Origin: Tubiluchus corallicola
Lineage: Eukaryota > Animalia > Priapulida
Length of the DNA: 44,065 bases
Assembly (NCBI GenBank): GCA_030141605.1
Contig: JAQGDQ010001370.1
Location: forward strand, 1-44,065
Direction of reading: 5' to 3'
This document shows positions 1-11,398 of this stretch, piece after piece. Position 1 is the first letter of the stretch; every line of letters starts with the position of its first letter. The notes under the pieces were generated by a model. It did no database searches, had not been told where the DNA came from, and worked only from the letters and a program-made list of their open reading frames with translations. A program made the position numbers and the translations under genes.

Positions 1-3000
1 GGATCATATGGGAACTGACTGTGAGTACTCCAACCCTTGTTCACCAACTAATGACCAGTGCAAAAATGATGCAACTTGCGTAATCATTGATGGAGAGCCA
101 CCCGACTATGAATGCACATGTGATGAGGATCATATGGGAACTGACTGTGAGTACTCCAACCCTTGTTCACCAACTAATGACCAGTGCAAAAATGATGCAA
201 CTTGCGTAATCATTGATGGAGAGCCACCCGACTATGAATGCACATGTGATGAGGATCATATGGGAACTGACTGTGAGTACTCCAACCCTTGTTCACCAAC
301 TAATGACCAGTGCAAAAATGATGCAACTTGTGTAATCATTGATGGAGAGCCACCCGACTATGAATGCACATGTGACGAGGATCATATGGGAACTGACTGT
401 GAGTACTCCAACCCTTGTTCACCAACTAATGACCAGTGCAAAAATGATGCAACTTGCGTAATCATTGATGGAGAGCCACCCGACTATGAATGCACATGTG
501 ACGAGGATCATATGGGGAACCGACCGTGAGTACTCCAACCCTTGTTCACCAACTAATGACCAGTGCAAAAATGATGCAACTTGCGTAATCATTGATGGAG
601 AGCCACCCGACTATGAATGCACATGTGACGAGGATCATATGGGAACTGACTGTGAGTACTCCAACCCTTGTTCACCAACTAATGACCAGTGCAAAAATGA
701 TGCAACTTGCGTAATCATTGATGGAGAGCCACCCGACTCTGAATGCACATGTGATGAGGATCATATGGGAACTGACTGTGAGTACGCCGACCTTGTTCAC
801 CAACTAATGACCAGTGCAAAAATGATGCAACTTGCGTAATCATTGATGGAGAGCCACCCGACTATGAATGCACACGATGAGGATCATATGGGAACTGGAC
901 TGTGAGTACTCCAACCCTTGTTCACCAACTAATGACCAGTGCAAAAATGATGCAACTTTGCGTAATCATTGATGGAGAGCCACCCGACTATGAATGCACA
1001 TGTGATGAGGATCATATGGGAACTGACTGTGAGTACTCCAACCCTTGTTCACCAACTAATGACCAGTGCAAAAATGATGCAACTTGCGTAATCATTGATG
1101 GAGAGCCACCCGACTATGAATGCACATGTGACGAGGATCATATGGGAACTGACTGTGAGTACTCCAACCCTTGTTCACCAACTAATGACCAGTGCAAAAA
1201 TGATGCAACTTGCGTAATCATTGATGGAGAGCCACCAGACTATGAATGCACATGTGATGAGGATCATATGGGAACTGACTGTGAGTACTCCAACCCTTGT
1301 TCACCAACTAATGACCAGTGCAAAAATGATGCAACTTGCGTAATCATTGATGGAGAGCCACCCGACTATGAATGCACATGTGACGAGGATCATATGGGAA
1401 CTGACTGTGAGTACTCCAACCCTTGTTCACCAACTAATGACCAGTGCAAAAATGATGCAACTTGCGTAATCATTGATGGAGAGCCACCCGACTATGAATG
1501 CACATGTGATGAGGATCATATGGGAACTGACTGTGAGTACTCCAACCCTTGTTCACCAACTAATGACAAGTGCAAAAATGATGCAACTTGCGTAATCATT
1601 GATGGAGAGCCACCCGACTATGAATGCACATGTGATGAGGATCATATGGGAACTGACTGTGAGTACTCCAACCCTTGTTCACCAACTAATGACCAGTGCA
1701 AAAATGATGCAACTTGCGTAATCATTGATGGAGAGCCACCCGACTATGAATGCACATGTGATGAGGATCATATGGGAACTGACTGTGAGTACTCCAACCC
1801 TTGTTCACCAACTAATGACCAGTGCAAAAATGATGCAACTTGCGTAATCATTGATGGAGAGCCACCCGACTATGAATGCACATGTGATGAGGATCATATG
1901 GGAATTGACTGTGAGTACTCCAACCCTTGTTCACCAACTAATGACCAGTGCAAAAATGATGCAACTTGCGTAATCGTTGATGGAGAGCCACCCGACTATG
2001 AATGCACATGTGATGAGGATCATATGGGAACTGACTGTGAGTACTCCAACCCTTGTTCACCAACTAATGACCAGTGCAAAAATGATGCAACTTGCGTAAT
2101 CATTGATTGAGAGCCACCCGACTATGAATGCACATGTGATGAGGATCATATGGGAACTGACTGTGAGTACTCCAACCCTTGTTCACCAACTAATGACCAG
2201 TGCAAAAATGATGCAACTTGCGTAATCATTGATGGAGAGCCACCCGACTATGAATGCACATGTGACGAGGATCATATGGGAACTGACTGTGAGTACTCCA
2301 ACCCTTGTTCACCAACTAATGACCAGTGCAAAAATGATGCAACTTGCGTAATCATTGATGGAGAGCCACCAGACTATGAATGCACATGTGATGAGGATCA
2401 TATGGGAACTGACTGTGAGTACTCCAACCCTTGTTCACCAACTAATGACCAGTGCAAAAATGATGCAACTTGCGTAATCATTGATGGAGAGCCACCCGAC
2501 TATGAATGCACATGTGACGAGGATCATATGGGAACTGACTGTGAGTACTCCAACCCTTGTTCACCAACTAATGACCAGTGCAAAAATGATGCAACTTGCG
2601 TAATCATTGATGGAGAGCCACCCGACTATGAATGAATACGTGACGAGGATCATATGGGAACTGACTGAGTACTCCAACCCTTGTTCACCAACTAATGACC
2701 AGTGCAAAAATGATGCAACTTGCGTAATCATTGATGGAGAGCCACCCGACTATGAATGCACATGACGAGGATCATGGGAACTGACTGTGAGTACTCCAAC
2801 CCTTGTTCACCAACTAGTGCAAAAATGATGCAACCTATGTTACGGAAAGAGCCACCCGACTATGAATGCACATGTGACGAGGATCATATGGGAACTGACT
2901 GTGAGTACTCCAACCCTTGTTCACCAACTAATGACCAGTGCAAAAATGATGCAACTTGCGTAATCATTGATGGAGAGCCACCCGACTATGAATGCACATG

Positions 3001-3990
3001 TGACGAGGATCATATGGGAACTGACTGTGAGTACTCCAACCCTTGTTCACCAACTAATGACCAGTGCAAATGATGCAACTTGCGTAATCATTGATGGAGA
3101 GCCACCCGACTATGAATGCACATGTGATGAGGATCATATGGGAACTGACTGTGAGTACCCAACCCTTGTTCACCAACTAATGACCAGTGCAAAATGATGC
3201 AACTTGCGTAATCATTGATGGAGAGCCACCCGACTATGAATGCACATGTGATGAGGATCATATGGGAACTGACTGTGAAGTACTCCAACCCTTGTTCACC
3301 AACTAATGACTAAAGTAAAAATGATGCAACTTGCGTAATCATTGATGGAGAGCCAAATTGACAGAATGCACATGTGACGAGGATCATATGGGAACTGACT
3401 GTGAGTACTCCAACCCTTGTTCACCAACTAATGACCAGTGCAAAAATGATGCAACTTGCGTAATCATTGATGGAGAGCCACCCGACTATGAATGCATATG
3501 TGACGAGGATCATATGGGAACTGACTGTGAGTACTCCAACCCTTGTTCACCAACTAATGACCAGTGCAAAAATGATGCAACTTGCGTAATCATTGATGGA
3601 GAGCCACCCGACTATGAATGCACATGTGATGAGGATCATATGGGAACTGACTGTGAGTACTCCAACCCTTGTTCACCAACTAATGACCAGTGCAAAAATG
3701 ATGCAACTTGCGTAATCATTGATGGAGAGCACCTGACTATGAATGCACATGTGATGAGGATCATATGGGAATTGACTGTAGTACCCAACCCTTGTTCACC
3801 AACTAATGACCAGTGCAAAAATGATGCAACTCGTGTAATCATTGATGGAGAGCCACCCGACTATGAATGCACATGTGATGAGGATCATATGGGAACTGAC
3901 TGTGAGTACTCCAACCCTTGTTCACCAACTAATGACCAGTGCAAAAATGATGCAACTTGCGTAATCATTGATGGAGAGCCTCCAGACTAC
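1..3990 (+). repeat. 126-bp coding tandem repeat, about 32 copies, extends beyond the window start
   Basis: GGATCATATG recurs at 1, 127, 253 and onward. Units are nearly identical. Confidence 0.98.
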
Positions 3991-4036
3991 AACTGCACTT
4001 GCTCTGACGAGTGGACTGGCATATTTTGTCACTTGT
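1..4036 (+). CDS. Gene A giant exon: about 32 tandem copies of a 42-aa EGF domain (NPCSPTNDQCKNDATCVIIDGEPPDYECTCDEDHMGTDCEYS)
   Basis: Every unit has six-Cys EGF spacing. The last unit diverges (YNCTCSDEWTGIFCHL) and ends at a GTAAGT donor at 4037. ORF breaks map to isolated indels and a GGA>TGA change at 2108. Confidence 0.88.
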
Positions 4037-7000
4037 GTAAGTAGGTTTTTTCTCGTATGTGATTTGTCATTGTTATAATTTTTAAGTAAAATTGTGGGCT
4101 CCTGTCAGATATGTCAAAATTTAAATGATCTGCACAAGGGCAGTGATTTTCATTTACACCATATTGTGTAATGTAAAAGTTGTGATACAGTTTTAAATTT
4201 TTGTAGCAAAACGAGCTCATTAAAACATCAATGCATAGAGTTGCAGTCAAACTGTTGCAAATTTTATTTGTTGCTCCTTGATTTTTTTTCAGTTGTACCA
4301 AACCCGTGTAAAAGCGAGCCGTGCTACAATTCAGGTGTTTGCTACCAAAGTCCAAATATAACATCTAATGAATACGTATGTTACTGTGATGAAAATTGGA
4401 TCGGTCAGAACTGCACAGATCCCCACCCCTGTACACAGATTACCTGTGAAAATGGTGACTGTTACCTGACAAGTGACGGAATTACAGCATCGTGTGGGTG
4501 TGTCAGCGGATACTTTGGTGACGACTGTTCCATACTAAATCAGTGTGCGCATCGCGATCCATGTGGTCCATATGGATCATGTATTCCAGAAGAAGACGGA
4601 GAAGCTACATGTGTATGCGATGGAGGATACGTAGGAGAAAACTGTACAGAAGGTAATAATAATAAATTTAATAATTGTACTGTGCAGTGCACCATGGCTT
4701 CATGTTGTTGTACTGCCAGCTTTTGTGTATCTTGTGTAAGAATTTTACTTTGTCTTGTATGCTCGCAGAATTGTCTGCTATTGTGCTATGTTGTTATATT
4801 TACTTGAAACGTAGTCTGCTGTTGTGGAATGTTGTGTATTTACTTACAACGCTTTCTACTGTTGTGCAATGTTGCGTATTTACTTGCAACATTGTCTGTA
4901 ATCTTATGATAGTGAAGCAGTTGTCAACTGACAAGATTGTCATTATCATGAACCTAAGAGCAAGTTAGCAGACCATTGTTTGGTGCATTGTAATAGTGAG
5001 TTTGGATAATTTTTGCAAGCCATTTGATATTTTTCTTTTCTGGTTATATATTCGAATAGTAATTCTGAAAATCAAAAAATTTAACTCTAAGGAGTTTCAG
5101 ATGCGTGCAAAAACTTTTTGACTAAAATATGTGACCTTTGAACTGATGTGATATCATTTGGTAAGGTTTGCTTTTCTAACTAGTTTAAAGCAGATGTGCT
5201 TTCAATTTGTAGGGATTCAAAAAGATTGAAGCCTTAATTAACTGAGGGTGTCAAAGAGACTACGCCGATGTTGTTTCGTCTATAAACTACCATAAATAAA
5301 ACTTCAGACAACTTCAATATGTAGCTTAAATTGACTGTTAATGTTTAATATGTGATTTCTCTGCGATGAATATTTTACATATGCATCATAGCCAAACATC
5401 AGGTATTAACTGCCCACCTGCTTGCTTAGTTCAAGTTAATTTTAATAATTTTGGGCAGGTAACACCACAGAACGGAAATGTTTAGTTCTGATAAAATTAA
5501 TAATGCCAATGTCCTCTTCAGAATTGGAAGAACTTAAATTAAGCATATGTTTATTGTTTATTCTGGTATTAAATAATTACATTAATAAAAATAAGACTTT
5601 GTAACAATAACAATCAATTGTGCACTTTTTTTCATCCTTTTAATACAATTAGAAGCGCAAAACGGCAGGTTATAGGAGCATCCTTGTTTATAGGAGAGTC
5701 ATACATATATTACAAGACTGCAGACAATGTTTCAAGCAAACACAACATCGCATAACAGCAGGCAATGTTGGAAGCAAAATGGCTTGTTTTGAATGTATTG
5801 CAAGATATTTGAAAAGCAGTACATGTATAAATAAAGCTTAATTTGAAGCCTAAGTATTATAGGTTGGCTTTAGTCCTAAGAAAAACCCAATTGTCATTAT
5901 TAGTTACTTTTAATAGGCCTATATATTATTAGCAAAATACCAGCCAAAACCTATTATAGTAGGTAAATGACGTCATTTTTTGTATTTGTTTTAATTTTAA
6001 TAAAGTTATTATTATAATCGTGCAGGCTGACAATTATTCTTACTACTCTAACTATTAATTTTCATTTTTCAGCTGCAGAAGGACCATGCCTATCTGATCC
6101 TTGCCTGAATGAAGCCATATGTCACATAAATCCACCAATGGGTGAGGAACAAACTTATGCATGTTTGTGTGGGGATGACTATCTTGGAAATGACTGTCGT
6201 TACTCAAATCCATGTGCATCTAATCCTTGCAATGATTTGGGTAAGTGCAACTAAATTACTTATTATAATATCTAGTGGCACAAACCCACAGTTAATTAAA
6301 TTTTGATACCAAACATGGAAGACAGAAAATGTGAAAAAGTTGGAATACATATGGCTTGGATTTGAACCAGGGGACCTTCTGCTTACAAGACAGAGGTCTT
6401 GGGCAACTAGGCCACAATATCCCTGAAAGATGAAATCAGTCCAAAATTCATAATTTATAACTGGCTGATAAAATTATTCTAATTAGTTTGAATCAGTCTT
6501 GTTTTTGCGATCTGACACTGGACGTACTGAATTTGGTTGGCAAACTATTAGATATGAATTTTGGACTACTTTGAGCACTGTGAGATGCAGTAGGTTAGTG
6601 GTTACTGTATCTGCAATATAAGTAGAAGGTTCCTGGTTTGTATAAACATATTTTATTGATCTCAGAATTAACAATAAAGTATTACAGATGCTTAACTAAA
6701 GTTTCTTCTGAGGTAATAAATTGAACTTGATATAGGCTGAAAAAAGATCACAAATATATTATAATAATAACATAAGGTTCCTTGTTCAAATCCAGATTGC
6801 ATCCCAACTGTTTCACATTTCCTGTGTTTCATGTTTAGTATAAAAATGCAATTAATGGTGAGTTTGTGAACATCATTATAGTTACATCAAAATGTTAAAT
6901 TGCAGTTATTATTCAAAGCAAATTCCGTAAAGTAGTAAAATGTTATTGTTTGTTTGGGTACTTTTATGCCTTTCAGCACCTGACTAGGTTTTAAAATCTA

Positions 7001-7603
7001 AATGCCACAGGGAAAATTAGTGAAGCAAAATGGATGCCACTACTCTGTCTAAATAATCCATGCTTTATTTAGTAATGGCTGAGTTTTGTTTGGCAGAAAA
7101 ATAATTGTAGTAAACTTTATAACCATTAATCCTATCAGTTTTTATCAGCAAAGTAGCTGGGGGAGTGCTGATGTTATTCTACAATATATACTTAATAACA
7201 TACTCTATGCAATAGTTAATAATATACTTATACTTTAGGTACGTGCCTAATAATTGTGCCAGAGCAGCAACTACAGCCATCCTACCTATGTCACTGTGAT
7301 AATGGATACATTGGTCAAACCTGTCCAAGTGTTCATACAAGACCCAATGACATGTTCATTCAGCAAGTGCTTTATGCAAAATGTCCAGACGGGATGAGTG
7401 GCAGCAAGTGTGATATTCTTGATCCTTGCTATGGAGCACACAATCCCTGCATCAATGGAGAGTGTCTTGTTGATGGACGTGATTCAGAGAAAGCTGTTTG
7501 CTCATGCTTCGATGGTTTCTACGGTGTGCTTTGTGAAAAACGAAAACCAGTGCCACTGAAACGAATGAAAAATATAAAAAGTCGTAAAACTAGAGTGTTG
7601 TGA
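1..7603 (+). CDS. EGF gene A (5'-partial): EGF-repeat-only extracellular protein, join(<1..4036,4293..4652,6073..6240,7239..7603)
   Basis: Four exons join in frame through three phase-1 GT-AG introns (donors GTAAGT 4037, GTAATA 4653, GTAAGT 6241). About 38 EGF domains are visible. There is no TM segment before TGA 7601-7603. The array exon has indels and one stop in this assembly. Confidence 0.88.
4293..4652 (+). CDS. Gene A exon: three EGF domains
   Basis: Acceptor ttttttttcAG at 4291-4292; translates VPNPCKSEPC...GYVGENCTE; phase 1-1. Confidence 0.92.
6073..6240 (+). CDS. Gene A exon: one EGF plus C1-C2 of the next (absent from the ORF track)
   Basis: tttttcAG acceptor; AEGPCLSDPCLNEAICHINPPMGEEQTYACLCGDDYLGNDCRYSNPCASNPCNDL; GTAAGT donor at 6241. 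Confidence 0.9.
6279..6420 (-). mobile_element. tRNA-derived SINE copy in a gene A intron
   Basis: Minus strand reads TGGCCTAGTTG (A box-like), CTTGTAA loop, GGTTCAAATCC (B box), then a body shared with 6774-6868. Confidence 0.65.
6774..6868 (+). mobile_element. 5'-truncated second copy of the same SINE, inverted
   Basis: GTTCAAATCC B box plus body; its reverse complement aligns by eye to 6279-6380. Confidence 0.6.
7239..7603 (+). CDS. Gene A terminal exon: rest of split EGF, spacer, half-EGF, terminal EGF, basic tail
   Basis: tactttAG acceptor; GTCLIIVPEQ...CFDGFYGVLCEKRKPVPLKRMKNIKSRKTRVL*. Confidence 0.9.
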
Positions 7604-8857
7604 GAATTAGTTGGTTATGTTTGATGTTAGAAGCAGAAGAATTAAGGTTATTGTTTTAAGATATGAACAGTAAATTACTTTTATTTTTTAAATATGCTAT
7701 TTTTAAAAGTAAATAACTTTCTTACTTGTAAAGAAAATAATATTTTTTGCTGAAGCTTATGCTGATACTATTATTTTAGTTTGTTTTACTGATACACATT
7801 AGTGACTCACTGATTTACATAATTAGATGGTGCCATAGTGGTGATGGACTAGCTTTTATCATCGAATACTTGTGCATCTGACAGTTATTATAGTAAGAAA
7901 TTATACTACTTTTGTATACATAGGAGGTTGTATTGATAATTTTGTCCTGTTTTATTCATAGTGAAACAGAATTTAGGCATGTAGTTTTAGTGGGTAAGTA
8001 TCATAACCCATGTCATACTTTCAGTCATTAAAATTAAATAGGATTTTAAACAGCTACCATTTTGTGTTACTACCTTTCTAAGCTTGTCAACAACGCAAAG
8101 CTGTTATGAGCGAATCATTACGGTCATAAAGACTGTGTCTTAAAAGTTAAAACTGTGTTTTAAAGAATGATTTTCCAGGCTGTTAAATGCATTTCACTTG
8201 TAGAAGTTAGGTGTAAATTTCATGTAGATACATTTGATAATATATGTAATAAACTATAGAGGTACTGGTTATTGTTAGTATCAGGTACTATGGTTTTAGA
8301 TGAGTCATAGAGGGGGTCGTCAAACTGGAAAAGGGAGAATGACAAATGTTTTACACCGTACTGTCTGCATTTAAATTTGTGAAATTTGTTCAAACAGTTA
8401 TGGTTTAGTTGTACAGCTAATTGAGAGGGCATCAAACAGTTATATTATCACGTGAATGATAATTTGGAAATCAGTTCAACTAACTAGTGCAGCAGTTTGT
8501 TTTATTGTATTATCTTATCTGACTGTCAAACATATCTGGTACAAATAAGCGACAGTAGTATTTGGTTTGAGATAACTTATTAACCTGCTGCCTTATGACT
8601 ATAAGGGAGTGACACTGAAATTCATTACTAAATAAACTAAAACGTTCTTTCTGTTTACTCACGTCTTCATTTTGATATGTCAATCAAATCTTATGACGTT
8701 ATTTCAGACACACCTGTTTGTTATGCCACTATCAATTAGTCCTACTCTTCATCTGTTCTGTTTGTTTGACAACCTGTATTAGAGACTGAGAAATTAATTT
8801 CACCATACTATATGCAACATACGAAGTTACATAGTTATCGAAGGCAACTGTAACAGA

Positions 8858-8921
8858 ATGATTTTTGGAAGTGCAAATATTTGTATTATTTCCTTCGCCT
8901 TGCTTTACAACTGTGTATCTG
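8858..8921 (+). CDS. Gene B exon 1: signal peptide MIFGSANICIISFALLYNCVS
   Basis: ATG at 8858, hydrophobic core, small residues at the end, G|GTAAGT donor at 8922, phase 1 matching the next exon. Confidence 0.75.
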
Positions 8922-11365
8922 GTAAGTACATTGCGTTTTATAATTATAAAAATAAATATTCCTTATAATAACTGTGTTGTGTATTACTGTGTAGTATTAC
9001 ACTATTTAAAATTATGAAACTTTTATACAAGTGGGTCTAATTTGGTACACCAAATAACTTTGTGATAAAAACAGCACCCAGGGTAAAAAACCTTGGCAAA
9101 TCACAGTTCAGCAGGCAAAAATAGTAGCATCTTTCTGATTTGTTTAATTGTTATTTCAGTTTGTGTATCTTTATGTGTATAATGTACATAAAGTTACAGC
9201 AAAAGCATTGAATCAGCTGTTTGTATAACCATATTTAGGTGATAGTGTGTCGATATATTTGTCCATAAAAGTTTATTGATGCATTAACTGTGAAATAGGT
9301 TGAGAAGATACATACATAAAACTCGAAAGTAAGTAGAATAACTTTTATATGCGACCTTTTCCATTTAACTGCAATTTGTAAATCAGTTGGTTGTAACGTC
9401 TTATGAAGCACAAACTACTTTCTCTGACTGCCTGTTCATATGTGTGCCAGACATACATTTAAAATGTGTAGAGTAAGTATGAGAATCATTCTTCTTTTGT
9501 ATAAAATCTCAATAAACTAGCTTAAAGACCATTGTATGTAGTATATGTAATAAACCTTTTCACAGTTTCATTATGCTCACGCGCAGTTGCTGTAGGTCAA
9601 ATTTTTAAGTGTTCCACAGCAACGTGTCTTAACTGCAACCGTCACCTGACACGTGTGTAAACCAAAGCTGTTTACCTCACCAGTTCAGTAACTTCAGTTG
9701 TTTTACGTGGACATTACTTAATTATGTATTAGTCCATGCGAAGAGTGATTTACTCGCAGGATCTTGTGTGGGAACAAGAAAAAATGAACTAGGTAAGGTT
9801 ACTAGTACAATAGCATGGGCTGCGAGGTGCTGTCAAGTGTACACAAATACATTGTCTGGTACACTTAACCTTTGACCTTTTCTCGATCATAAATCACTGG
9901 AACTGTGAAAAGGATTATGGTACCACAATAATCTTTTATAGCTGCTGGACCATGTGATCCAGATCCTTGCGGAGAACATGGAAAGTGTTTTGAGAATCCA
10001 GAAGATTACTTCTGTGAGTGCTCATCTGGCTATATTGGCAAGAACTGCAATGAGGAACATGCTTGTGAAAACCTCCCATGTACCAATGGCGAATGTCTTT
10101 GGAATAGGGATACTAATGAAGCTCGATGCACATGTAATGCTGGTTTTATGGGTGCTAGTTGCTCCATGGTGGATCCGTGTTTTGATAATAACGGTGACTG
10201 TGCGTATGGAGTTTGTCATGCAACTGAAGAGGGGAATCCTTTATGCCAGTGTGACGATGGATGGTTTGGTGAAAAATGCGATCAAGGTAAAAAAAAGATG
10301 GCACAAAGTACAAATGTCTTTACATTCTAGAAATATTGGTCAAAAATTTAAAATAGATTTTAATGTTAATTTTGCAATTATTACACTTCAAAGATCTCAT
10401 TTTGTAGTCACGTAAAATTACAGTACAATTACAAATAACTTTTAGCAGTTGATTCAAATGACTCAACAGCTTAATATGCACTTAATTCTGCAAAACTATT
10501 AGTAGTCACATCGAAGAAATTCTGACGTGGCAAACAGCATACTCCACTGCATTTTTACTCAGCAGCAAGTTAAATTTAAAGGCCTATAAAACCCTAACAG
10601 ACATCGATTTAACGCATTATTATGATTACAAAAAGACTTCACAGTTATTTTTAAACAAAAGAGACTTGTAAATTAAATAAATTACCCTTTTCTGTTGAAT
10701 TTCGAACTCATGCTTTGCCTTAAAGATCGCAGTGCTTCACTTCTTTGGCGCGAGTGAGCGAGAAGGACGTAACAAGGTACAGAAAGCATTTTTGGTTGCC
10801 GATCTTTGGTGACCTCGTGACTGTACTCATAATGTCATTCGTTTCGCTCAATGAAAAACGGCGGTTCTTCAAATTCAATGCTGCTAACAACGAAGTGACA
10901 AAACACCAAAAGCAACAGGTTTTACAGTAAGTTTACAGTAAAGTAAATATTTGTAATGAGAGTAGGACCTTAAGTTGTAAAACGCTTATATTAGAGTGAG
11001 GGTTTAATTTGACTTTAAAGTGATAATGAGATCCAGCAAGCCCACTTTTGCAATTTTTGTCAACTTCTTAAACAACTTTTTTGACAACTTACCTCTGCTT
11101 TGTTGTAGATGTTCAAGGGCAATGTACTTCAGCACCTTGTGGTCCGAATGGAGTTTGCCACACGAATTCGTTGACAGGAGGTCCTCCGTCCTACGTGTGT
11201 TCCTGTCACCTTGGATACATGGGCATAAACTGCGAGTATGAGAATCCCTGTGAGCCCACTCCATGCAGTCCAGGTAAACACTACCTATTGCTGAAACTTG
11301 CACAAGACAGAAGCAGATAAATCTAAAACATTAAAAAATGCATCTGTATAATTAATTTTGGTGGT

Positions 11366-11398
<33 letters not shown>

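Noticed and set aside
465-3842. Alternative-frame and antisense ORFs in the array; programmed frameshifting or stop recoding at TGA 2108
   Set aside because: By-products of singleton indels and substitutions. No recurrent slippery site, and the TGA replaces Gly, not Cys.
1-3990. CRISPR-like array
   Set aside because: No unique spacers; the whole 126-bp unit repeats and encodes an EGF domain in a spliced eukaryotic gene.
9954-10415. 153-aa ORF MIQILAEN...
   Set aside because: Wrong frame overlapping the real 3-EGF exon of gene B.
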